DNA from: an uncultured Microthrixaceae bacterium
GTDB lineage: Bacteria; Actinomycetota; Acidimicrobiia; Acidimicrobiales; CAVOFX01
DNA length: 64,000 nucleotides
Reading direction: 5' to 3'
NCBI GenBank assembly: GCA_963695115.1
Contig: CAVOFX010000006.1
Span: 584 to 64,583 of the forward strand
Below are positions 21,237 to 30,171 of this stretch, in pieces. The notes under the pieces are model-generated. The model searched no databases. It was not told the origin of the DNA and saw only the letters and a program-made list of their open reading frames with translations. The first letter of the stretch is position 1; each line of letters opens with the position of its first letter. A program made the position numbers and the translations under genes.

Positions 21237-23081
21237 TCACTCGTCGATGTCGGTCTCGGTCAGGCTCTCGTCTTCCTCTGGGACAACCAGCTTCTCGGCC
21301 TCGTCTGGATCGACTCCGAGCACGTCCGCGAGGCGGCGGGCGAGCCGGCGTTTCCTGGCGAGGTAGAAGGTCTCGAAGCCGGCCATGTCGGCGGGGATCG
21401 CCGGGAGGTCGTGACGGGCGAGGTAGTCGTCGTACCCGTCGGGATACTTCGCCTGGGCCCACGCGGCCGGCATCGCCGCCTGCTTCTCCACGTTCACCGG
21501 GCCCTCGAGGAGTTGCAGGTTCCCGAGGCGGTGGCGGCGTTCCATCACGCCCGCCACATCGGGTGCGGGGATGCCGGTTGCGGCCAGCTTCCTGCGGGTG
21601 AACTCGGCCTGCGGGAAGACGTGGTCGATGTGGAAGACGTTCCTCGTGTCCACGTTCGGGAACATCGTCGCCAACAGAGCGAAGCAGCCCCTCTGGGTGT
21701 ACGAAGTCGCGAGCAGATCGACGACCTCGCCGGGCGAGAACGAGATGGACTTGCCCCGCTTCCGCAGCGCATCCTCGAGCGCGGCGGCGGGGAACGACGA
21801 GTCTCCGCTGGCCTTCACTACGGAGCGAAGGTCCCGGAGCATCGTGTCCAGACCCGATCCCCAGATGCCTGGCTTGATCAGCGTTCGGTTGACCCACAGC
21901 CGGAGGCGTGCGCCGATCGTCGTCGTGCACGCAGCTGTCCGATAGCTCTGCCCGAGGCCGCGGTGGTGGAGGTAGCAGGCGATCGGCACCACGACCGAGT
22001 TCGCCGAAAGGTTGCCCGAGGAGAACCCGAAGTCGGACAGGAGGTCTGCCGTCAGCCGGAGGAGTGACGCGATCTCGTCCCAGTTCTTGTCGAGGAGCGC
22101 GGTGTTCTCCCGACTGAAGTTCTTCACCTTGAACGAGAAGTCCGACACGCCGACCAATGCGAGGCCGGCCTTGAGGATCAGGTCCTTGTCGAAATCGAAG
22201 CCATGCCCCGCCTGGTTCATCTCGTCGACCAGGGCGTGAACTGCCGCCCGAGCGTCCCGCTCGGTGAACTGTGCCGTCGCGATGGAGAGCAACAGGTCCG
22301 ACTGCGACAACGGCTTCCCGGCGCTATTAACTCGGATGAAGATGTCGAGGACGCGGTCGATGTCCTGCTCGTCCTCGCGGAAGAACGATACGAGCTTGGC
22401 GTTGTGCACCACCTCGTAGAGCCGTCCCAGCCGGTCAGCTGCGACGGCGTCGGCGGAACCGAGGCCCGCCTCGAGGAGGAACTTCGTCGCCATGATCGGG
22501 TTCGTTTCCTCGAAGACCTTGGCGACCGGATACCAGTAGTGCGGCTGGCCGTCGTCGTCGACTTCACCGTCATCGTCAGTGGTGAGCACAGGATCGGGCG
22601 GAGACTCGAAGAACCGGAAGTCGTGGATCATCCCGAGATCATTCGACGGCGCGTCGGCAAGCAGGTTGAGGTAAAGCCGGCGTTCGGGATACGCGTCGGG
22701 GTTGTCGCGCCAGCCGTACTTGCGGCGCTTCGCGTGCGAACCCCGGAGGCCGATGTTCAGCGACGTCAGCCTCTGCTGTCCATCGAGGATCGCAGTGACA
22801 GGCCGATCCGTGGGCAGGTCGAGCACGGGGCAGTGTGGCGCGTTCAGCTGGTGGTACTCGCGGATGAACCCGTAGAACTTGAACTCGCCCACGAGCGGCG
22901 GCTTGACCGCCCACGAGAGGAATGCCCCGATCGGGTAGCCCCGCATCAGCGAGTCGAACAGCCGGGTTACCTGCGAGTCCGGGTCCCACACGAACTCGCG
23001 CTGGATGGCCGGAAGCACGTAGTCCTGCTGCTGGATCCCCTGGAGGACCTCAGCGATTGTCTTGGCGTCTTCGAACGGCAT
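21237..23081 (-). CDS. GmrSD-type nuclease (N-terminal DUF262/ParB-like with DGQQR motif, C-terminal DUF1524 His-Me finger); predicted type IV modification-dependent restriction enzyme
   Basis: The ORF is intact. Motifs: LPAIQREFVW, AILDGQQRLTSL, then C-terminal FHIDHVFPQ ... LGNLQLLEGPVNVEK. ATG at 23081; the ORF track starts at a TTG at 23099. Confidence 0.8.
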   Translation of the reverse strand: MPFEDAKTIAEVLQGIQQQDYVLPAIQREFVWDPDSQVTRLFDSLMRGYPIGAFLSWAVKPPLVGEFKFYGFIREYHQLNAPHCPVLDLPTDRPVTAILDGQQRLTSLNIGLRGSHAKRRKYGWRDNPDAYPERRLYLNLLADAPSNDLGMIHDFRFFESPPDPVLTTDDDGEVDDDGQPHYWYPVAKVFEETNPIMATKFLLEAGLGSADAVAADRLGRLYEVVHNAKLVSFFREDEQDIDRVLDIFIRVNSAGKPLSQSDLLLSIATAQFTERDARAAVHALVDEMNQAGHGFDFDKDLILKAGLALVGVSDFSFKVKNFSRENTALLDKNWDEIASLLRLTADLLSDFGFSSGNLSANSVVVPIACYLHHRGLGQSYRTAACTTTIGARLRLWVNRTLIKPGIWGSGLDTMLRDLRSVVKASGDSSFPAAALEDALRKRGKSISFSPGEVVDLLATSYTQRGCFALLATMFPNVDTRNVFHIDHVFPQAEFTRRKLAATGIPAPDVAGVMERRHRLGNLQLLEGPVNVEKQAAMPAAWAQAKYPDGYDDYLARHDLPAIPADMAGFETFYLARKRRLARRLADVLGVDPDEAEKLVVPEEDESLTETDIDE

Positions 23082-23164
23082 CCGCAGAGCCTTCCACAAC
23101 GCCAGTCGCGTTCACCGAGCGCCGACCGACGGCAACGATCGAAGGTTGAGGCGCGGCGATACCC

Positions 23165-26100
23165 CTACCAGGCCTCGGGATTCGGCATGCCGAGCCGGAT
23201 GGCCTGTTCGATGATGATTCGGATGCGCTCGGGATCGCTGCCCCGCGAAGCCTCGGCATCAGCTCCGGCAACTGGTGCCCGCCCCACCACGGTGGCTCGG
23301 TGCCGCGCATGAGGTGTCCGATCATCACGGCGCAAGTATCGGGGAAGGGGTCCACGTGGCGTTCGAGGTGCCGCAGTACGTCGCTGTGCTCCCGGAAGCG
23401 GCCCGGCCGCTGTGTCACGAGTTGCACTCCAGACTCGAACGACTCGGTGAGGAATGGAATCCACCCGGCCATCACCGTGGACTCGTCATCCGCGAGCTGG
23501 ACCGGGACGCTCGACAGCCTGTCGGTCCAGTACCTCTGCATCCACCGGGTCCATTGGTGCTCGACCGCTTCGTCCGGCAGATCGCCCAAGATCTCGCCGA
23601 CCTTCTCCGCAAAGGTGACGCGGTCCTCATCACGAAGGTCAGCGATCACGCCTGGCAGCCAGCCGAGCGGGTCACGATCGCTGGTGAGCGCTATGCCGGC
23701 CAGGTGGCCGAGGATCGACCCGCGAGGCTCGTCACCGAACTCGGCTAGGCGGTGGGCGGCTTCGAGATAGCGCTCCATGAGCCCGGCGTCGAGCATCCGA
23801 TCGTTCCAGCGACCCCAGCTGGTGAAGCCGCTCCAAGCTCGTCGAGCCCGCGCCGGATCGGACCAGTCGAAGATCGGAAGGACATGATCCACCGTCCAGT
23901 CAGGGTCCGCCGCGAAGAGGAAGTGCATCCGACTCGCGCAGATCACCTCGACCATCTGGGTCCGAGCCTCATCCGCAGGACCGTCGAGCATCGTCTCGAA
24001 CGTGTCTCGGTGCTCCTGAACCAGACCAGACCATGCGTCCTCCTCGGCGCGCCAGTCGCGTTGGACCACGTGGAGCCAGAACTCGGCCAAGTGTCCGCCC
24101 GGATGGTTGATCGCACGGCTGAGCCAATCGATCTCGCCGAACACCACCTCCTCATCAGGGATCAGCGGCCAGAGGTCACGGGCGAGTTGCCGCGCACCAG
24201 GTACCGCCGTCCAGTCCGTGGGGTGGCCCTCGGTGGTCGCTCCATCGGAGAGCATGGAGGCGAGATCTCGAGCGAGAGCCGTGAGGTCGAGTGCCCCGAC
24301 CGCGCTGATCACCGCAGCTGCCGCGACTGGTTCGAGTTCGGCGCGGCTCCAACCGCGTATGACGGCCTCAGTGACTTCCTGCTCGTGCGGCGCACTGTCG
24401 AGGAGTCGATGGCCATCATCGGGTCCGGCTTGGACGGCCCCACTGACCAGAGCCAACGAGTCGTCCCATGTCGGCCCGCCGTCCCAATGCCGGACGCCCT
24501 TGGTCTCGCGCAGCGTCTCAAGCAGCGCTGATGGATCGGCCTGGAGCCGTTCGTGGAAGCTTTCGACCGACATCGGTGGTCGTGAGGGAACGAAGCCGAC
24601 CTCCATCGAATGGGTGAGGTCGGGGTCTGTGCGTGCCGTCCAGTTCGGGTCGACGGCGTGAGCGTCAGTGAGCGCTTCGGTGATGCGGGGGTGATGTGGA
24701 CGGGCCCGGTCCATCCAGACGAGCGCGTTGAACCGTTCGTACGGCAGGTGCTCTGACTCCTCCTCGTCTGGCTCGAACACCTGAGCGATGAGCGCTTCGA
24801 TGGCCTCGTTCGAGGCCGCTGGGAGGGCGTCCTCGATGAGGCGGAACAGTTCGTGGCGCACTTGGTGGTCGAAGAGCCAACCGGATTGCACGACCCAGTC
24901 GAGCTTGGCCGTGGAGTCGACGTCACTCCGACAGGTCCAGCCGTGGATCGCGAGGCGTCGGAGGAGCGGCGAGTCCGCTGCCGCCCAGGACTGCATGTAG
25001 CCCTCGGCGATCGGGTGCGACGCATCAAGCAGAGCCTCGAGTGAGTCGCGGGCAGCGTCGATCAGGACGTCGATCGGCTCGGTGTACCGGTCCTGGGGGT
25101 GAGGCTCGATGGCGTGCCGACCAAACGAGACCGCGTCCCAACCGCGGTTGCCTGGGTCCGCCGAGATCTGAAGATCACGAACCCGCCGTAGGTGCCGATC
25201 GGCGATTGCAGCGCTCGCCTCCGCGACTTCGGTCAGGTTCGGCTGGAGGATCTTGCTCCACGCCTCCTTGAGCCAGTGGTTGCTGCCCCGGAGTTGAAGA
25301 CCCAGCCGCGGCGGGCCTTGACCGAAGGACGGAGTCAACGCGGGCGAGGGCTCGGTCAGGTGATCGAACAGCAGGAGCGTCTGCTCGCGATCCGCCGGCC
25401 AGGTCGATGCCGCAAGCGCATAGTCGAGCCACTGGTTGCCTCGGGCGGGCGCATCCCGAAGCAGCAGCACGAGCCAGACACCGAGCCAGCCTGGTCGGGG
25501 CGCCCCGCGTCGATGAAGATCAAGCCCGATCTCGTCGCAGATCTCCGGTCCGAGGTAGCCGCCACTTCCGCCGACGAGGCCGAGGGCTTGGTCCGTGTGC
25601 TGCTCGTCCATGACGAAGTACTCGACGAACCACCGAGCAAGCGCTCGGCCCGTGTCAGACGGCTGGGATCCTCGGGTAAGGAGATCCTTGAACACCGGTT
25701 GGGTAGACGCCCAGTCGAGCCATTCGGAGGATCGCGCGAACTCAGTGAAGAGGGAGACTCGGTGGGGATCGGCAACCAGTTCCTCCAGGTAGGACTCATC
25801 CTCCGGGATACGGGACGGCGGCGAGGCGACGAGGTCGGCCACACGCTGCCGGTGATCCAACAGTCCCATGCCCGCGATCTCGGCCCACCGCCCAAGGGAG
25901 TGCCCGAGTGCTGCGTGGGAATCGCCGACGACCTCGTATCCGATCGTCCGTAGGCCAAGGTCCTTCCAGTCGCGCTCCCCAGGGGTGTCTGTCAGCACGA
26001 AGCGCTGGCCGTCCGGACCAAGGGCCCGCGCCAGGTAGCGCATGACGACGTCGCCGTGGCTGTAGCCGATGAACAGGACGGCGAACTCGGCGAACATCCG

Positions 26101-26653
26101 CTCCAAGAAGCGCGCGGCCCAGGCGTCGCGGAGGTAGGCCTTACCGAAGTCGCCGTCGGTCACCACCAATCGCGGGGGAGGCAGGCGCAATGTGCCGTGC
26201 AGGTATACGACCCCGGTGAAGTTGTCGCCCATGGGCAAGGCGGGTGCTGCGCACTCCTCCACCTCGACCCCTCGAGCCTCGAGCGCCGAGGTCAGGTGGC
26301 GGTCGAAGTTCGTTGTCACAACTCTGAGCGTCGGCGAGGTCAGAGCGAGGTCAACGATCGCTTCGTGGAGGCGGTTGTGCTTCGACTGCGGGATGCTGAG
26401 ATGCTCCGCTACGCGAAGGTGAACATCGACGCCCCGATCCTCGATGCGCCCGAGGACGACGTCGGGATGATCGAGGGCTTGGTCGCTCACCTCGTAGTGG
26501 ACTTCGTCCGACGATCGACCTCGTAAGCGCCTTGAAGTCGGGAAGGTCAGCTGGAGCATCGCGAGACGCCCCCGCCCCGACGAAGAGCACGAGTCGGCCC
26601 GCTCGGTGAGCATCGACAAGTTCTGCCGGAATCTCTACGCCGCCGACCCACAC
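23165..26653 (-). CDS. SIR2-domain (SIR2_2-like, predicted NADase) protein with ~850-aa uncharacterised C-terminal region; two single-base frameshifts (~26525 and ~23260)
   Basis: The N-terminus (GTG at 26653) is RLVLFVGAGASRDAPADLPDF. It is followed, after a 1-nt shift, by RVVTTNFDRHL, GVVYLHGTL and LFIGYSHGD. The C-terminal tail EASRGSDPERIRIIIEQAIRLGMPNPEAW is in the frame of ORF 23165-23464. Confidence 0.75.
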
Positions 26654-26688
26654 GATGCCGATGGTAGGCCGGCACCGGCCAAGTCGGT

Positions 26689-26967
26689 TCAGCGGAAGAT
26701 GTCGCGGGCTGCTCGCGCTAACGATTCCCTCACGTGGTCCCGTGCCGCACGATCAGCGGCGTCGAAGCTCGTCGTGGGTGCGCCCTCCCATGCGATTGCT
26801 TCATCGACCGACACGATCGGCGTCCATTGCTCGGGGGTGAGTGAATCGCAGCGTGCGCCGGCCTTGACCGTGCTACCCAGCACTCGGTCCGTGGTCACGA
26901 TGCCGGTGATCAGCACGCCGGGCTCGACGCGCTGGTCGTTGATGAAGCGATCCACGTGGAAACTCAC
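26689..26967 (-). CDS. Small hypothetical ORF immediately upstream of the SIR2 gene
   Basis: This is the in-frame tail of ORF 26689-27219, whose N-terminal part overlaps the tRNA and cannot be real. A candidate GTG at 26967 gives VSFHVDRFINDQRVEPGVLITGIV.... I recognise no motif. Confidence 0.3.
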   Translation of the reverse strand: MSFHVDRFINDQRVEPGVLITGIVTTDRVLGSTVKAGARCDSLTPEQWTPIVSVDEAIAWEGAPTTSFDAADRAARDHVRESLARAARDIFR

Positions 26968-27148
26968 ACCGTGATGGTGACATGCCGAGGTAGCCCGCCA
27001 GTGGAGCCCCGTGACGGTTCGTCGGCGCGAGGCCAACCGCCTGGCCGGTGCCGCCACGCCCCGTCGCGAGCCCCAAGCGCACGCCGGTGATGACAAACCA
27101 ATGACAAGCGCCCCATTCGACCCGCTCGACCGCCGGCCAAAATGTACG

Positions 27149-27174
27149 CTGACCAGCACTTTCGTGCTGGTCAG
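27149..27174 (-). terminator. Perfect 11-bp stem / 4-nt loop hairpin 5 nt downstream of tRNA-Leu(GAG)
   Basis: ctgaccagcac tttc gtgctggtcag. On the minus strand it is followed by cgtacatttt. Confidence 0.55.
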
Positions 27175-27177
27175 ATC

Positions 27178-27199
27178 GTGTCGGAGGGGGGACTTGAAC
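27178..27199. repeat. att-like core within the 3' end of tRNA-Leu(GAG)
   Basis: gtgtcggaggggggacttgaac is the reverse complement of part of the T-loop, the T-stem 3' strand, the acceptor 3' strand and the discriminator, plus 1 nt. Confidence 0.8.
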
Positions 27200-27262
27200 C
27201 CCCACGCCCTTGCGGGCACTAGCCCCTCAAGCTAGCGCGTCTGCCAATTCCGCCACTCCGAC
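27179..27262 (-). tRNA. tRNA-Leu(GAG)
   Basis: Manual fold: acceptor GTCGGAG/CTCCGAC, anticodon stem CTAGC/GCTAG with loop TTGAGGG (anticodon GAG), long variable arm, T-arm GGGGG-TTCAAGT-CCCCC, discriminator A. CCA is not encoded. Confidence 0.9.
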
Positions 27263-27352
27263 GTGGCCTCCGGTCGGGGGAACCGGAGCGAAGGGTCACT
27301 GTATCGCGGGCCTTCCTGACCTCCGAACTCCTTCGGGGCCCTCTCCGGCCCC

Positions 27353-28954
27353 CTACTCCCCGTCGACCTCGACCCCCTCGACCACGAACGTGCCGTCGAT
27401 CCGGGGCACGAACCCACTCACCCGATCGCTCACCACCGCCGCCGTCTCGAACTGCACGAGAGGGATCACCGGAGCCTGTCCGAGGATCGCCGTCTCGAGA
27501 GCCGAGTACGCCTCCGCACGCTCCTCCGCATCGGCGGTTCCCCTCGCCGCGGCCAGCCCCGCGTCGATCGCATCGCTCCCGAATGCGGTGACGTTGTCAG
27601 CCGAGTCCGTCAGGAACAGCGGCGCCAGGTACGGGTCAGCGGTGGTCACCAGTCCCGGCCAGCCGAACAGGAAGACCTCCTGGTCCGAGCTCACCACGAA
27701 GCGGTCGTACTCCTCCGCCGGCCGAGGTCGCAGCCGCACCTCGAGGCCGACCTCCTCCAGGTCCTCCTTGATCGCCTCCGCCATCGCCTGCTCGCGCTCG
27801 CCCTCGAAGAAGTCGAGCCGCACCGTCGGCCGCTCGCCATCACCGAACGCCTCCTCCAGCAGCGCACGCGCCGCATCCGGGTCGTGGGAGCAGACCTCCC
27901 CGCACGGGTACTCCCGGTGGCCACCGACCCCCTCGGGGATGAGCCCGTTCAGCTTGCGGCCCGAGCTGTGCTCACCGAACACCTCCACGACCGCCTCCCG
28001 GTCGACTGCCCGCACCAGGGCCTCCCGGAAGTCACGGTCCGCGTACGTGGGGTTGCCGACGTTGATCCCGTAGAAGAGCACGGCGTGGAAGGGGCTCACC
28101 GCGTCCGATCCGTACTCCTCGACCGCGTCGGCCACCTTGCCCGCCGGTACGAGGCTCCAGTCGACGTCGCCCTCCTCGAACGCCTCGAACGACTTCCCGA
28201 CGCTCTCGAACCCGACGAGCTCGATCCGGTCGAACCCCAGCCCGTCGCGCGCCTCCAGCACCGCGGTGCCTTCATGCTGCTCGACGAACGCGACCGGGCC
28301 CGAGCCGACCGGGGCCTCGAAGAAGGCCTCTGCCAGCGCGATGTCGCCCGCCGGCAGCACCCCGAACGCCGGGCTCGCGAGCAGCTCCGGCAGCGGCGAG
28401 TACGGCTCCCGGGTCTCGATCACCACCGTCCGCTCGTCCTCGGCCTTCACCCCGACCAGACCGACCTCCTCGCCCTCGACGAACCGGCGGTAGCCGTCGA
28501 TCACGTCGAGGCGCAGGCCCGCCAACGAGCCCGAGTCCGGCGAGGCCACCCTCTCGAGGCTGGCCTTCACATCCGAGGCCTCGATCGGCGAGCCGTCGCT
28601 GAAGGTCGCGTCGTCCCTCAGCGTGAACGTCCACACGGTGAGGTCGTCGTTCGCTGTCCACTCCGCCAGGCCCGGCTCCACGGTCCGCGAGTCGGGGTCG
28701 AAGGTCGTCAGCCCGTCGTACAGCAGGTCCGCGGCGATCATCTCGCTCTGCTCCGTCACTCCGGCCCGTGCCGGATCCAGAGTGTCGAGCTCCACCACGC
28801 CGAGGCGCAGCACCCTGGGTGCGGCCTCCACCGCAGACGTCGTGGTCGAGTCGCCGGCACCGTCCTCGTCGGAGGTGCACCCGAGGAGCAGCGCAGCCAG
28901 GACCGGGGCGACGACGATCCACCGTCCCCGCTGCAGCGTGGGCGGCTGCATCAC
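27353..28954 (-). CDS. ABC transporter substrate-binding lipoprotein (peptide/nickel family-5 type)
   Basis: 533-aa intact ORF. It has a signal plus lipobox (VLAALLLGCTS). The overall pattern is typical of oligopeptide-binding SBPs. Confidence 0.75.
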   Translation of the reverse strand: MMQPPTLQRGRWIVVAPVLAALLLGCTSDEDGAGDSTTTSAVEAAPRVLRLGVVELDTLDPARAGVTEQSEMIAADLLYDGLTTFDPDSRTVEPGLAEWTANDDLTVWTFTLRDDATFSDGSPIEASDVKASLERVASPDSGSLAGLRLDVIDGYRRFVEGEEVGLVGVKAEDERTVVIETREPYSPLPELLASPAFGVLPAGDIALAEAFFEAPVGSGPVAFVEQHEGTAVLEARDGLGFDRIELVGFESVGKSFEAFEEGDVDWSLVPAGKVADAVEEYGSDAVSPFHAVLFYGINVGNPTYADRDFREALVRAVDREAVVEVFGEHSSGRKLNGLIPEGVGGHREYPCGEVCSHDPDAARALLEEAFGDGERPTVRLDFFEGEREQAMAEAIKEDLEEVGLEVRLRPRPAEEYDRFVVSSDQEVFLFGWPGLVTTADPYLAPLFLTDSADNVTAFGSDAIDAGLAAARGTADAEERAEAYSALETAILGQAPVIPLVQFETAAVVSDRVSGFVPRIDGTFVVEGVEVDGE

Positions 28955-28955
28955 C

Positions 28956-29186
28956 TCAGTTGCGAACCAGACCCAACGCGACGGTGTTGAAGCCGAACAC
29001 CAGCGCGGCGACGATCGTGATCCGGTCCAGGTTCTTCTCGACCACCGTCGACCCCGCCGCAGCGGTCCCCAATCCGCCCCCGAACATGTCCGAGAGGCCT
29101 CCGCCCTTCCCGCTGTGCAGCAGCACCAGGAACACCAGCGTGAAGCTGGTGAGCAGCTGGATGACGATCAGGGTGATCTCTAGCAC
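28956..29186 (-). CDS. secG: Preprotein translocase subunit SecG
   Basis: VLEITLIVIQLLTSFTLVFLVLLHSGKGGGLSDMFGGG.... It lies in the conserved position after tpiA. Confidence 0.85.
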   Translation of the reverse strand: MLEITLIVIQLLTSFTLVFLVLLHSGKGGGLSDMFGGGLGTAAAGSTVVEKNLDRITIVAALVFGFNTVALGLVRN

Positions 29187-29388
29187 TTCGGCTGCGCCTC
29201 TCGGCTTCGGGGCGACCCGCGAGGGTCCCGGTTCCGGTCTCGGAGCATACCGCGACCACCTGCGGACCCCGTAGCGCCCGCCGACCGACGTCCATCGCCT
29301 CCGAGCCTCGCCCTCGGCCTCCGGAACGCCCGAGGCTCCGCACCCCGGCCCCTCGGCCCATGGGCCGACGCCTCGGCCGGGCAGGCCC

Positions 29389-30171
29389 TCAGGCGTCGTG
29401 AAGGCGGTACTTGACGATGCGGGCGAAGTCCTCCGGGTCGAGGCTCGCACCGCCGACCAGCGCCCCGTCGATGTCGGCCTGCGCCATCAGCTCGGCGGCG
29501 TTGGTGGGCTTCACCGAGCCGCCGTACTGGATCCGGACCGCCGCAGCCGCGTCGGCTCCGGAAGCCTCGCCCACCACTCTGCGCACCAGGGCGCAGACCG
29601 CCTGCGCGTCCTCCGGGCTCGCCGTCCGTCCCGTGCCGATCGCCCAGATCGGCTCGTAGGCGATCACCATCGCGGCCACCTGCTCCTCCTTCAGGCCGTC
29701 GAGGCCGGCCCTGACCTGGCCCTCGACCTTGGCCTCGGTGCCGTCCGCCTCCCTCTCCTCGAGGGTCTCCCCCACGCACATGATCGGTGTCATGCCGTTC
29801 GTGAACACCGCCTTCACCTTCCGGTTGACGTCGGCGTCGGTCTCCCCGAACAGCTCCCGCCGCTCCGAGTGCCCGACGATCACGTAGTCCACGTTCAGCT
29901 TGGCCAGCATCGGTGGGGCGACCTCCCCCGTGAAGGCGCCCTCGGCCTCCCAGTGGCAGTTCTGCGCCCCCACCAGGAGGCCGACCTTCTCGGATTCGAT
30001 CCAGGTCTGGCACGTGCGGAGATCGGTGAACGGCGGATGCACCGAGACGTCCACGGCCTCGTAGTCGTCGTCGTCGAGAAGGTAGGAGAGCTTCTGCACC
30101 GCCTGGAGCGCCTCCAGGTGGTTCTTGTGCATCTTCCAGTTCCCGCTGATGAGCGGCTTGCGGTCAGGCAT
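29389..30171 (-). CDS. tpiA: Triosephosphate isomerase
   Basis: PLISGNWKMHKNHLEA, VGHSERR and AYEPIWAIGTG motifs. Confidence 0.95.
   Translation of the reverse strand: MPDRKPLISGNWKMHKNHLEALQAVQKLSYLLDDDDYEAVDVSVHPPFTDLRTCQTWIESEKVGLLVGAQNCHWEAEGAFTGEVAPPMLAKLNVDYVIVGHSERRELFGETDADVNRKVKAVFTNGMTPIMCVGETLEEREADGTEAKVEGQVRAGLDGLKEEQVAAMVIAYEPIWAIGTGRTASPEDAQAVCALVRRVVGEASGADAAAAVRIQYGGSVKPTNAAELMAQADIDGALVGGASLDPEDFARIVKYRLHDA

Larger units (their letters stand above)
10936..27199. mobile_element. Decayed integrative element A plus defence cassette, integrated at the tRNA-Leu(GAG) 3' end
   Basis: It is bounded by the repeat at 10936-10957 and the tRNA 3' end at 27178-27199. It contains a tyrosine integrase, MobF relaxase, wHTH, R-M remnants, and SIR2 and GmrSD genes. 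Confidence 0.6.

Noticed and set aside
23050-23164. C-terminal extension of ORF 23050-26619 overlapping the GmrSD start
   Set aside because: The last ~70 residues (…RGAAIPSASESSSNRPSG…) look off-frame. A 1-nt shift gives a well-formed tail ending at 23165, which removes the overlap.
26968-27219. N-terminal part of ORF 26689-27219 and ORF 26873-27205
   Set aside because: They overlap the tRNA-Leu gene and its terminator hairpin, so they are not plausible coding sequence.
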